Part shown: positions 9,747 through 18,389 of the stretch, in pieces
Numbering within the stretch: the stretch's first letter is position 1
How the letters are laid out: each line of letters starts with the position of its first letter
Source of the DNA: Hyalangium minutum
GTDB lineage: Bacteria > Myxococcota > Myxococcia > Myxococcales > Myxococcaceae
Length of the DNA stretch: 248,000 nt
NCBI RefSeq assembly: GCF_000737315.1
Contig: NZ_JMCB01000005.1
Span: forward strand, 20,001 to 268,000
Reading direction: 5' to 3'
The notes under the pieces: generated by a model
Database searches by the model: none
Seen by the model: the letters and a program-made list of their open reading frames with translations, nothing else
What the model was told of the DNA's origin: nothing
Translations under genes and position numbers: made by a program

Positions 9747-10526
9747 TCAGGGAGTGATGAAGAGCGCCGGGAAGAACACCCAGAGGTGCCAGAACGAGAT
9801 GCGCATGAGGAGCAGCACCCCCAGGTGAAAGCTGATGGCCATCACGGCCAGCCACGGGTGCATCGCCGGCCAGAGAACCAGGGCCGGAGCGCCCAACTCG
9901 AACGCCCCTGACGCCAGTCCCATGGCGCGCCTCGCCGCGGGAACGGCCACGACGCGGCGCCCCAGCGCCGTGCCTCGGAAGAGGGTGGACGCCAGCAGGG
10001 TGCGTCCCTGGGTAAACCACTCGAGGCCCCCCACGCGCAGCTTCGAGATGCCGGCGAGCAGGTACACCAGCCCCACCTGGAACTGCATCGCGGTGAGCAT
10101 GAACGACGCCAGCCGCTCGGCCTGCGCGGGAGGCGCGAGGAGCGGCGCGGCTCGAGCGATACAGTAGCCGAGCAGAAACAGGTGCACGTGGAAGACGTTG
10201 TTCCACAGCCGGGGCGACAGGCTCGCCAGGTAGCGATCGAGCAGCCCGAACGCCAGGAGCAGCGCCACGGCGGTTCCAAGCCCTCCAAGCCCCACGGCCA
10301 CGAGCAGGGCGAGGAGTGACACCCCCGTGCGGAGCAGCGGCTGGAGCCGCCCCAGCGGAGGCAGCCACGAGCCGGGGCTGTAGAGCGTGGCCTCGTTCTC
10401 CGTGTAGAAGCGCCCATAGGGGGGCATGCGCGAGAGGACGAAGATGGTTCCCCCCAGCGTCATCCGCACCCACTCCAGCCGGTGCATCGCGTCCGGCTGA
10501 GAGAAGGCGAGCTCCCAAAGCATCAT
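9747..10526 (-). CDS. Integral membrane protein, HTTM-like
   Basis: Hydrophobic segments; VYLLAGISKL, FELGAP, FHLG motifs. Confidence 0.55.
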   Translation of the reverse strand: MMLWELAFSQPDAMHRLEWVRMTLGGTIFVLSRMPPYGRFYTENEATLYSPGSWLPPLGRLQPLLRTGVSLLALLVAVGLGGLGTAVALLLAFGLLDRYLASLSPRLWNNVFHVHLFLLGYCIARAAPLLAPPAQAERLASFMLTAMQFQVGLVYLLAGISKLRVGGLEWFTQGRTLLASTLFRGTALGRRVVAVPAARRAMGLASGAFELGAPALVLWPAMHPWLAVMAISFHLGVLLLMRISFWHLWVFFPALFITP

Positions 10527-11065
10527 GAGGCGTTCCCCACCGCCGCCTCGGGGGGGGGCTCGGTTTCTGGGGAGGCCAGGTGGACCGAGCAGAGGGTCTC
10601 GAGCGGACGCTGGATGGACGCCAACTCCGCGCCCGCCACGTACTCCTCGATCGCGTACTCGTACGACACCAGCTCGAAGCCCACGAAGCGCGCTCCCGGG
10701 GGCGGCCGGATGGAGGACTCCACCTCATCGAGCGCGGCCCAGGGCGCCTCATTGAGCCGGTCGAGCATCGTCACCGCGAAGCGCTCCTGGCGCTCCGCAT
10801 CGTCGCCCTCCACGAACACCTGGAAGAGCAGGCGCTGGGCCCGGAAGAACTCCACGGGCAGCACGCTGTACGGGAACACCACGCGCGAGCCCCCCAGCGA
10901 GTCGTGGAGCACGACCATCAGACGCGGCGTCACCGCCGGGACGGCATGCGAGAACATGTTCTGCGCCACGAAGGGCCAGCGGTTCGTGTTCCGCAGCGTG
11001 TGCACCAACTGCACGGCCACCAGTAGGCCGAAGCCGGCCCAGCAGCCCATCTGTACCCAGTCCAT
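10523..11065 (-). CDS. Hypothetical protein with N-terminal TM and WPF...MFS motif
   Basis: Overlaps the next gene by 4 nt; WPF-x-MF motif recalls HTTM C-terminal partner domains. Confidence 0.5.
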   Translation of the reverse strand: MDWVQMGCWAGFGLLVAVQLVHTLRNTNRWPFVAQNMFSHAVPAVTPRLMVVLHDSLGGSRVVFPYSVLPVEFFRAQRLLFQVFVEGDDAERQERFAVTMLDRLNEAPWAALDEVESSIRPPPGARFVGFELVSYEYAIEEYVAGAELASIQRPLETLCSVHLASPETEPPPEAAVGNAS

Positions 11066-11223
11066 GCCCTCGACTCCGCACGCTCCACCGCCGGCGCGCC
11101 CGCCGCGGCGCTCAGCATATCGGATTGCCCCCGGTCACCCTCAACCCAGGATTCCTGGATTAAGGATAAATATCTGTAATTGCTGGGAGAATACGAATGG
11201 CCTGGAAAAATACATTCTCTGTG

Positions 11224-11252
11224 TTGACAGGAAAAACGGCTTAAGCCATTAT
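11224..11252 (+). promoter_or_regulatory. Sigma70-type promoter of the mcc-like cluster
   Basis: TTGACA-17 nt-CATTAT within an AT-rich region 46 nt upstream of the precursor gene. Confidence 0.7.
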
Positions 11253-11298
11253 TCCTCCTGTCAGCGCGAGTGCTGACTCACCCCCACGGAGATCGACC

Positions 11299-11409
11299 AT
11301 GAACGACAAGGCCACCATCGAGATCAAGAAGGATGAGAAGAAGGCGGAGCCCAAGAAGGTCGTGGTCGTAAAGACCAGCATCAAGGCCGGTCCCGCGGCG
11401 TTCAACTAG
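11299..11409 (+). CDS. mccA: Microcin C-like precursor peptide 1 (36 aa, MNDKATIEIKKDEKKAEPKKVVVVKTSIKAGPAAFN)
   Basis: Not in the ORF track; RBS GGAGA, C-terminal Asn, directly upstream of a ThiF gene. Confidence 0.88.
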   Translation: MNDKATIEIKKDEKKAEPKKVVVVKTSIKAGPAAFN

Positions 11410-11436
11410 GCCGCCCCTCGCATCTCCTGCTGTAAT

Positions 11437-11479
11437 GACGGCCCGGCCGCTCTTCGAGAGCGCCGGGCTGTTTTCTTTT
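11437..11479 (+). terminator. Intrinsic hairpin/attenuator between precursor 1 and ThiF 1
   Basis: GACGGCCCGGC...GCCGGGCTGT followed by TTTCTTTT. Confidence 0.7.
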
Positions 11480-11514
11480 CCCCTCCGAGCCCCTGGACCT
11501 GACGGCCCCTGCCC

Positions 11515-12558
11515 ATGAAAGACCACCTCTGGCTGCTGCCCACCGTCGTCTCATCGGTCATCGGTGATGAGCTGATCCTGTACCAGACGGAGACCCGCCT
11601 GGCGCTCTCGCCCGGAGGCCCGGAGCTCTTCGAGGTGGTGCGGCAGCTCGATGGAAACCGCACGGAGGAGGAGCTGCGCGCGCTGCCTCGGGGCGAGGAG
11701 GTGCTCGAGATCCTCGAGGGAGAGAAGTGGCTGGTCCGGCTCGAGACGCCTCTGGCGCGCTTCATCGAGGGCCGGCCGTGGATCACCCGGCAGCTCTCTT
11801 TCTACGCCCACCTCCAGCGCCGCTACCCGGATCGGATCTTCGCCGAGCTGGCGAGCGCCCACGTCGTCATCGTGGGCACGGGAGGCATCGGCTCTCATGT
11901 CGCCATGAGCCTTGCGGGCGCGGGGGTGCACCGGATGACGCTGATGGATCCGGACACCATCGACCTGAGCAATCTCAACCGGCAGTTCTTCTACACGCGC
12001 GAGGACGTGGGCTCGCGGAAGGTGGACGCGGCCGCGCGCTTCCTGCTGGCCCGCCATCCCCACCTGCAGATCGACGCCATCCCGGAGGCGCTGTTCGCCA
12101 GCGAGGGACAGGCGGACCTGCTGCGGACCGCCAACCTGATCCTCTTCGCGGGAGATGGCCCCACGGTGCTCCAGGGAATGACGGCGCGGGTGGGCAGCAC
12201 GCCCGTGCTCGTGGGGGGCTACATGGGACAGATCGGCGTGGTGGGGCCCACCTTCTGGCCGGCCAAGGGCTCGGCGTGCTGGGGGTGCTGGACCGCCGCC
12301 AATGACGAGAAGCCGCTGGGGGAGATCTTCTCGACGGCGATCTCGCGCGAGGCCGCGTGGAACTCCTCGGGCGTCACCTTGAATGGCATCACCGGCAACC
12401 TCCTGGCGGAGGAGGCCCTGCGGTGCCTGGCGCCCTCGCTGGGAGGCCCCCTGCTGCTCGACGCGCGCATCTCCCTGGACATGGCGACCCTGTCGCTGAA
12501 GCGGACGCCCGAGGCCCCCGTCAACTGCCCCCACCGTCAAGAGGTCCCCAAGGCATGA
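11515..12558 (+). CDS. mccB: ThiF/MccB-like adenylyltransferase 1
   Basis: VGTGGIGS, DPDTIDLSNLNRQ, CWGC motifs; N-terminal peptide-binding region. Confidence 0.88.
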   Translation: MKDHLWLLPTVVSSVIGDELILYQTETRLALSPGGPELFEVVRQLDGNRTEEELRALPRGEEVLEILEGEKWLVRLETPLARFIEGRPWITRQLSFYAHLQRRYPDRIFAELASAHVVIVGTGGIGSHVAMSLAGAGVHRMTLMDPDTIDLSNLNRQFFYTREDVGSRKVDAAARFLLARHPHLQIDAIPEALFASEGQADLLRTANLILFAGDGPTVLQGMTARVGSTPVLVGGYMGQIGVVGPTFWPAKGSACWGCWTAANDEKPLGEIFSTAISREAAWNSSGVTLNGITGNLLAEEALRCLAPSLGGPLLLDARISLDMATLSLKRTPEAPVNCPHRQEVPKA

Positions 12559-13037
12559 GCGCCACCGACACCCAGTCCAGCTGTTTCTTCTGCAGACTCA
12601 TCGCGGGCCGCGAGCAGGCGTGGAAGATCTGGGAGGACGAGCACCACCTCGCCTTCCTCACGCCGTTCCCCAACGCGGCCGGCTTCACCGTGGTGGCGCC
12701 CAAGAAGCACCTGGGCAGCTACGTGTTCTCGCTGGAGGACGCGGAGTACACCGGCCTGCTGCTGGCGGCCCGAAAGGTGGGGCTCATCCTGGACCGCGCC
12801 TTCGGCACCCGGCGCACCGGGCTGTTCGCCGAGGGCATGGGCATTGATCACGCCCACGTGAAGCTCACGCCGCTGCACGGCCTCCCCGAGGGGCCCTGGC
12901 AGGCGGTGCGCAGCACCGTGCGGACCTTCTACACGCGCTACGAGGGCTACATCGCCTCCCACGACGGGCCGCGCATGCCCGACGCGGAGCTGGACGCACT
13001 GGCCGAGCGCATCCGCAAGGCCGCCGCAGAGATTTGA
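12555..13037 (+). CDS. mccH: HIT family hydrolase, putative self-immunity phosphoramidase
   Basis: CFFC start, HAHVKL triad variant, inside the mcc-like cluster. Confidence 0.75.
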   Translation: MSATDTQSSCFFCRLIAGREQAWKIWEDEHHLAFLTPFPNAAGFTVVAPKKHLGSYVFSLEDAEYTGLLLAARKVGLILDRAFGTRRTGLFAEGMGIDHAHVKLTPLHGLPEGPWQAVRSTVRTFYTRYEGYIASHDGPRMPDAELDALAERIRKAAAEI

Positions 13038-13153
13038 GGCTCTGCCAGGTAAACGTCAAAAACACGTTTGCAGGGGCTTGCGGTTTTTTACGGACTGTGT
13101 GACTATCCTTGACGCAGCGACGCTGTCCGTTTTCACCTCAAGGAGACGCTTCC

Positions 13154-13294
13154 ATGAACGAGAAGACCGCCCAGGAGTCCCAGAAGACCGAGAGCCCCAA
13201 GGCCGAGACCCCGGCCAAGAAGGCCGTCATCGTGAAGACCCGCATCAAGGCGGGCCCGGGCGGTGGTGGCCTTGTGCATCCGATCGCCAACTAG
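13154..13294 (+). CDS. mccA: Microcin C-like precursor peptide 2 (46 aa, ...KKAVIVKTRIKAGPGGGGLVHPIAN)
   Basis: RBS AGGAG; shares KTxIKAGP with precursor 1; C-terminal Asn. Confidence 0.88.
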   Translation: MNEKTAQESQKTESPKAETPAKKAVIVKTRIKAGPGGGGLVHPIAN

Positions 13295-13322
13295 GTAGAA
13301 ACGACAGCTCACTTGAAGAGGC

Positions 13323-13361
13323 AACGGCCCGGCAGCCAGAAGCGTCGGGCCGTTTGTTTTT
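13323..13361 (+). terminator. Hairpin/attenuator between precursor 2 and ThiF 2
   Basis: AACGGCCCGGC...GTCGGGCCGTT plus TGTTTTT. Confidence 0.7.
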
Positions 13362-13362
13362 C

Positions 13363-14409
13363 ATGAACGACTATCTCTGGCTGCTCCCCACTGTCAGAAC
13401 GTCCCTCGTGAAGGATGAGCTGATCCTCATTCAAGGAAGCAACTTCTTTTCGTTCTCACCCAACGGGCCTCAGCTCCTCGAGGCGGTGCGCCAGTTCGAT
13501 GGGAACCGGACGGAGCGCGAGCTTCGTGCACTGCCCCAGGGAGAGGAGCTGCTGGGCCTGCTCGAGGAGGAGCAGTGGATCGTCCGGCTCGAAGCTCCGC
13601 TGCGTGACCTCATCGAGGGCAGACCCTGGATCAGCCGGCAGCTCTCCTTCTATGCCCACGTCCAGCGGAACTACCCCCACCGGGTCCTCGCGGAGCTGGA
13701 GAAGCGGCACGTTCTGATCGTCGGCACGGGGGGCGTCGGCTCCCATGTGGCAGCCAGTCTGGCGGGCGCGGGCGTGTGCCGGATGACGCTGATGGACCCC
13801 GACACCATCGAGCTGAGCAACCTCAACCGGCAGTTCTTCTATTCGCGTGAGGACATCGGGGCCTCCAAGGCGGCCAAGGCCGCGAGCTTCCTGCTCGCCC
13901 GCCACCCGCACCTGCAGCTCCAGACGCTGCACGAGCCTCTCTTCGCTCACGAGGAGCAGCTTCAGCGGCTTGGAGGCGTGGACCTCATTGTGTTCTGTGG
14001 CGACGGGCCCACGGTCTTGCGGAAGACCGCGCAAGTGGGAATGACGCCGGTGACCAGCGGAGGCTATGCGGGGTCGGAAGGCATCATCGGGCCGACCTGC
14101 TGGCCTGCGAAAGGCTCGGTGTGCTGGGGGTGCCGGAACGACTACAGGGATGAGCCTCGGACGATGGAGATCCTCGGCGCGCAGGTCAGCCGCGAGAATG
14201 ACTGGAACCCTTCCGGTACGACGGTGAACGGCCTCGTGGGCAATCTCCTGGCCGAAGAGGCCCTGCGCTGTCTGGCACCCACGCTGGGGGGGCCCCGGCT
14301 GTTGAATGCTTACATGTCTCTGGACATGGAGAGCCTGGCGCTTCGGCGCATCGAGCTCCCTCCTGTCGAGTGCCCGCACCGCACCGAGCCCTCCACGCCA
14401 CAGCCCTGA
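13363..14409 (+). CDS. mccB: ThiF/MccB-like adenylyltransferase 2
   Basis: Paralog of 11515 (MNDYLWLLPTV vs MKDHLWLLPTV); DPDTIELSNLNRQ. Confidence 0.88.
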   Translation: MNDYLWLLPTVRTSLVKDELILIQGSNFFSFSPNGPQLLEAVRQFDGNRTERELRALPQGEELLGLLEEEQWIVRLEAPLRDLIEGRPWISRQLSFYAHVQRNYPHRVLAELEKRHVLIVGTGGVGSHVAASLAGAGVCRMTLMDPDTIELSNLNRQFFYSREDIGASKAAKAASFLLARHPHLQLQTLHEPLFAHEEQLQRLGGVDLIVFCGDGPTVLRKTAQVGMTPVTSGGYAGSEGIIGPTCWPAKGSVCWGCRNDYRDEPRTMEILGAQVSRENDWNPSGTTVNGLVGNLLAEEALRCLAPTLGGPRLLNAYMSLDMESLALRRIELPPVECPHRTEPSTPQP

Positions 14410-14517
14410 GTCCAGGGTCCGGCTGAGTGCCTGCTCGCTCCCGCCCTGAGGGGGCTCCGAAACTATCCAGCTCAGGACGGGTGCGTTACGATGTGAGCCC
14501 TCCGATTCGGCGCGCGC

Positions 14518-15693
14518 GTGGCCATCCCCTTCTCCCGGTCTCTCCTCTCGCTCAAGGCGGACAACCAGCGGCCCTCGCTGGTGGCGCTGCTCGTGGGCGT
14601 GTTGATCCTCGGAGGGTGGCTGGCCTGGTTCCTCTGGAGCGAGGTGCCCGTTCACGAGCTCAGCGCTCAGGCGCGCCTGGAGGTGTCTCGCGACGCGTAC
14701 TCCATCGACGCGCCCGTGGCGGGCACGGTGGTGGCGCTCCCCCTGGCCTTGTCCCAGGAGGTCTCCGCGGGGCAGGTGCTCGTCGAGCTGGACACCGCGC
14801 CCGCGCGGCTCAAGTTGCAGGAGGCGCGCGCCCGTCGTGAGAGCCTGTCCCAACAGCTGACGGCCCTGCGCGCCCAGCTCGTCTCGGAGGAGACCACGCT
14901 GCAGAACACCCGGAAGGCCACCGACGCTTCGCTGGAGGAGGCGCGGGCCCTGCTCTCGCAGGCGGAGACTTCGGCGCGGTTCGCCGAGGGGGAGCTGCGG
15001 CGGACCACCGGGCTGCTGGATGGCGGGTTTGTCGCCGAGGCCGAGCACCAGCGCACCACGAGCGAGACGTCCCAGCGGCAGGGCGCCGTGGAGGCCCAGC
15101 GCCGGCTGGTGGAGCGGCTGACGTGGGATGCCCGCGCGAAGCTCAGCAGCCAGCAGGCCCACATGGAGGATCTCCGCCGCCAGGCCGCGCTCCTCGAGGG
15201 CGAGGTCCAGGCCCAGAGCGCGCAGGTGGAGCAGCTCGACTATGAGCTGACGCTGCGGACCATCCGCGCACCCGCCGCGGGCCGCGTCGCCGCGCTTGCG
15301 CCGCTGCGCACGGGCATGGTGGTGCGCCAGGGAGACACGCTGGCCTCGGTTGTTCCCACCGGTGAGCTGAAGGTGATCGCGGACTTCCCGCCTCCCGCAG
15401 CGCTCGGGCGGATCCGCCCCGGCCAGCCCGCCCAGGTGCGGCTGGATGGGTTCCCCTGGGTCCAGTACGGGAGCATCCAGGCCCGGGTCTCCAGCGTGGC
15501 GAGCGAGGCGCGCGCCGGCATCGTCCGCGTGGAGTTCGACGTCCAGCCGGACTCCTCGTCCGCCATTCCCCGGCAGCACGGCCTCACCGGCTCCGTCGAA
15601 GTCGAGGTGGAGCGCACCACCCCCGCCCGGCTCGTGCTGCGCGCGGTGGGGGAGCGCCTCCGAGGTGCCGGGCTGCAAGGGACCGCGCCATGA
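14518..15693 (+). CDS. HlyD family secretion adaptor
   Basis: TM, coiled coil and IRAPAAGRV lipoyl-like motif. Confidence 0.88.
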   Translation: MAIPFSRSLLSLKADNQRPSLVALLVGVLILGGWLAWFLWSEVPVHELSAQARLEVSRDAYSIDAPVAGTVVALPLALSQEVSAGQVLVELDTAPARLKLQEARARRESLSQQLTALRAQLVSEETTLQNTRKATDASLEEARALLSQAETSARFAEGELRRTTGLLDGGFVAEAEHQRTTSETSQRQGAVEAQRRLVERLTWDARAKLSSQQAHMEDLRRQAALLEGEVQAQSAQVEQLDYELTLRTIRAPAAGRVAALAPLRTGMVVRQGDTLASVVPTGELKVIADFPPPAALGRIRPGQPAQVRLDGFPWVQYGSIQARVSSVASEARAGIVRVEFDVQPDSSSAIPRQHGLTGSVEVEVERTTPARLVLRAVGERLRGAGLQGTAP

Positions 15694-18389
15694 GCTCGCG
15701 GCGCCTCCTGGTGCCCGAGGTCATTCAGACCTCGGCGATGGACTGCGGCCCAGCCTCCCTCAAGAGCCTGCTCGAGGGACTGGGCCGTCCCGTCAGCTAC
15801 GGCCGTCTGCGCGAGGCCTGCCAGACGGACGTCGATGGCACTTCGATTGATACGCTCGAGGACCTCATGGTGCAACTCGGGCTGGAGGCCGAGCAGGTCC
15901 TCCTGCCCAGCGACCACCTGCTGCTCCCGGAGGCTGAGTCCCTGCCCGCGCTCGGGCTGATCCGGCTGCCCACGGGCTTTGCCCATTTCGTGGTCATCTG
16001 GGCGCGCCACGGGCCGCTCGTGCAGGTGATGGATCCGGCCACGGGCCGCCGGTGGCCCACGGCCCGCCGCTTCGTCCAGGATCTCTATCCGCACATCATG
16101 TCCCTGCCTGCCGAGGGCTGGCGAGAGTGGGCGCTCAGCGACGAGTTCCTCAAGCCGCTGGGCGCGCGCCTGGCGCAGCTGGGCGTGAAAGGGAGCGATG
16201 CGGAGCGGCTCATCTCGGCCGCCACGGTGGTTCCCGGTCCCATGGGCATCGCTACGCTCGATGCGGCCACGCGGATGACGGAGGCCATGGTCTCCGCGGA
16301 CATTCTCCGCCGGAGCAACGCCCGGCCCGTGGTGGGGTCCCTCTTCGAGCGCGCCCGCGCCTCGGCCGAGGGGCCCGAGCGCATCATCCCCGAGGCCTAT
16401 TGGACGGTGCGCCCCGCGCCCGAGGAAGAGGGGCAGGAGCCCCAGGTGCGCGTCCGGGGCACCGTCGCCGTCCGGGTGAAGGGGCTCAAGGCCCTCGCTC
16501 CGCAAGCGGGTACGGCTGCGGACGATGGGGGCGCCGCGCTCTCTCCGGAGCTGCAGGCCGCGCTGACGGAGCCGCCTGCCCGTCCGGGCCATCAGCTCTG
16601 GAGCCTGGTGCGCCAGGAGCCGCTGCCGCTGCTCTGGGCAGCGCTCACCGGCTTGGGGCTCGGCGCGGGGGCGGTGGTGCTGCAGGCCCTGCTCTTCCGC
16701 AGCCTGTTGGATCTGGGGCGCAGCTTCGGTCCGCCCTTGGAGCGGCTCGGAGTGCTCGCCGGGCTCCTGCTCTTCCTGGGAGCGCTCGCGCTGGTGGAGC
16801 TCCCCACCGCGCTGCTGCTCAAGAGCCTCGGGCGCAAGCTGGAGGCCCGGCTGCGCATCGCGTTCTTCGAGAAGATTCCCAAGCTCGGTGACCGCTACTT
16901 CCGCAGCCGGCCCAGCTCCGACATGGCCCACCGCAGCCACGAGCTTCATGGCCTCCGGTTGCTGCCTGATCTGATGGGCCGGGCGGTGCGGGCCCTCGTC
17001 GAGCTGGGGGTGACGACAGCGGGCATCCTCTGGCTGGCGCCCTCCAGCGCCGTCCCCGCCCTGCTGGCGTGTGCCGCCGGTGTGCTCGTGCCACTCGGGC
17101 TTCAGCCGCTGCTCGCCCAGTGGGACATGCGGGTCCGCACGCACACGGGCTCGCTGAGCCTCTTCTACCTGGATGCCTTCCTGGGCCTGGTCCCCATTCG
17201 CACCCATGCAGCGGCGCGCGCCGTCCGCGCCGAGCACGAGGGGTTGCTGGTCGAGTGGAGCAAGGCCGCTCGGAGCTACCTGAAGGCGGGCGTCATGGCC
17301 GAGGGGCTCCAGGCCCTCTGCGGATTCGGGCTGGCCGCATGGCTCGTCACCAGCCACATCACCCACGCGAGCGACTCCAGCCGCGTGCTGTTGCTCATCT
17401 ACTGGGCCCTCAACCTCCCGGTGCTCGGCAGTGAGCTGACGGCGGTGGCCCGGGAGTATCCGGGGCTGCGCAACACCACGCTCCGGCTCCTGGAGCCGCT
17501 GGGCGCCCGCGAGGAGGAGGCTCGTACGGATGGCTCGGTGCAGGCCCCCGTGTCTGGAGCTGAGCCTGCGGCTGTCTCGGTCTCTCTGGAGAAGGTGACG
17601 GTCCACGCCGCAGGGCATGTCATCCTCCAGGACGTGGATCTGCGCGTCGCGCCGGGGAGCCACGTGGCCGTCATCGGGCCGTCGGGAGCGGGCAAGTCCA
17701 GCCTCATTGGGCTCCTGCTCGGCTGGCACCTGCCCTCCACGGGCGAGCTGCGGGTGGATGGGGCGCGGTTGGAGGCGGAGCGGCTGGTGGCGCTGCGCCG
17801 GCAGACAGTATGGGTGGATCCGGCAACGCAGTTGTGGAACCGCAGCCTGCTGGAGAACCTGCGCTACGGCACGGGCCAGGGCGCCGCGTCCCTGCCTCGG
17901 GTGCTGGAGCAGGCCGAGCTGCTGACGGTGCTCGCCCGCATGCCGGAGGGGCTGCAGACGCCGCTCGGAGAGGGCGGCGGCATGGTCTCCGGTGGCGAGG
18001 GCCAGCGCGTCCGGCTGGGCAGGGCGATGCTCCAGGAGCAGGTGCGCATGGTGGTGCTCGACGAGCCCTTCCGCGGACTGGATCGCGAGCGGCGGCACCG
18101 GCTCATGCTCAACGCCCGGGAGCTGTGGAAGGGCAAGACGCTGTTCTGCATCACCCATGATGTGCGGGAGACGCTCGGCTTCGAGCGGGTGCTGGTCATC
18201 GAAGGAGGGCGGCTCGTCGAGGACGGTCCTCCCGCGGAGCTCTCGGCCCGGCCGGACTCGCGCTACCGCGCGCTGCTGGACGCCGAGGAGCTGGCCGACC
18301 GGGAGATCTGGCAGGGCTCCGAGTGGCGGCGGCTCCGGCTCGAGCAGGGCCAGCTGCGCGAGGAGCAGCCCACGAGGAAGACGGCATGA
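15690..18389 (+). CDS. Peptidase-containing ABC transporter (C39 domain)
   Basis: QTSAMDCGPA catalytic Cys, HFVV, Walker A GPSGAGKS, SGGEGQR. Confidence 0.9.
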   Translation: MSSRRLLVPEVIQTSAMDCGPASLKSLLEGLGRPVSYGRLREACQTDVDGTSIDTLEDLMVQLGLEAEQVLLPSDHLLLPEAESLPALGLIRLPTGFAHFVVIWARHGPLVQVMDPATGRRWPTARRFVQDLYPHIMSLPAEGWREWALSDEFLKPLGARLAQLGVKGSDAERLISAATVVPGPMGIATLDAATRMTEAMVSADILRRSNARPVVGSLFERARASAEGPERIIPEAYWTVRPAPEEEGQEPQVRVRGTVAVRVKGLKALAPQAGTAADDGGAALSPELQAALTEPPARPGHQLWSLVRQEPLPLLWAALTGLGLGAGAVVLQALLFRSLLDLGRSFGPPLERLGVLAGLLLFLGALALVELPTALLLKSLGRKLEARLRIAFFEKIPKLGDRYFRSRPSSDMAHRSHELHGLRLLPDLMGRAVRALVELGVTTAGILWLAPSSAVPALLACAAGVLVPLGLQPLLAQWDMRVRTHTGSLSLFYLDAFLGLVPIRTHAAARAVRAEHEGLLVEWSKAARSYLKAGVMAEGLQALCGFGLAAWLVTSHITHASDSSRVLLLIYWALNLPVLGSELTAVAREYPGLRNTTLRLLEPLGAREEEARTDGSVQAPVSGAEPAAVSVSLEKVTVHAAGHVILQDVDLRVAPGSHVAVIGPSGAGKSSLIGLLLGWHLPSTGELRVDGARLEAERLVALRRQTVWVDPATQLWNRSLLENLRYGTGQGAASLPRVLEQAELLTVLARMPEGLQTPLGEGGGMVSGGEGQRVRLGRAMLQEQVRMVVLDEPFRGLDRERRHRLMLNARELWKGKTLFCITHDVRETLGFERVLVIEGGRLVEDGPPAELSARPDSRYRALLDAEELADREIWQGSEWRRLRLEQGQLREEQPTRKTA

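Noticed and set aside
13078-14409. ORF-track start that extends ThiF 2 across precursor 2
   Set aside because: Paralog alignment, the RBS for the precursor and the intervening hairpin support ATG 13363
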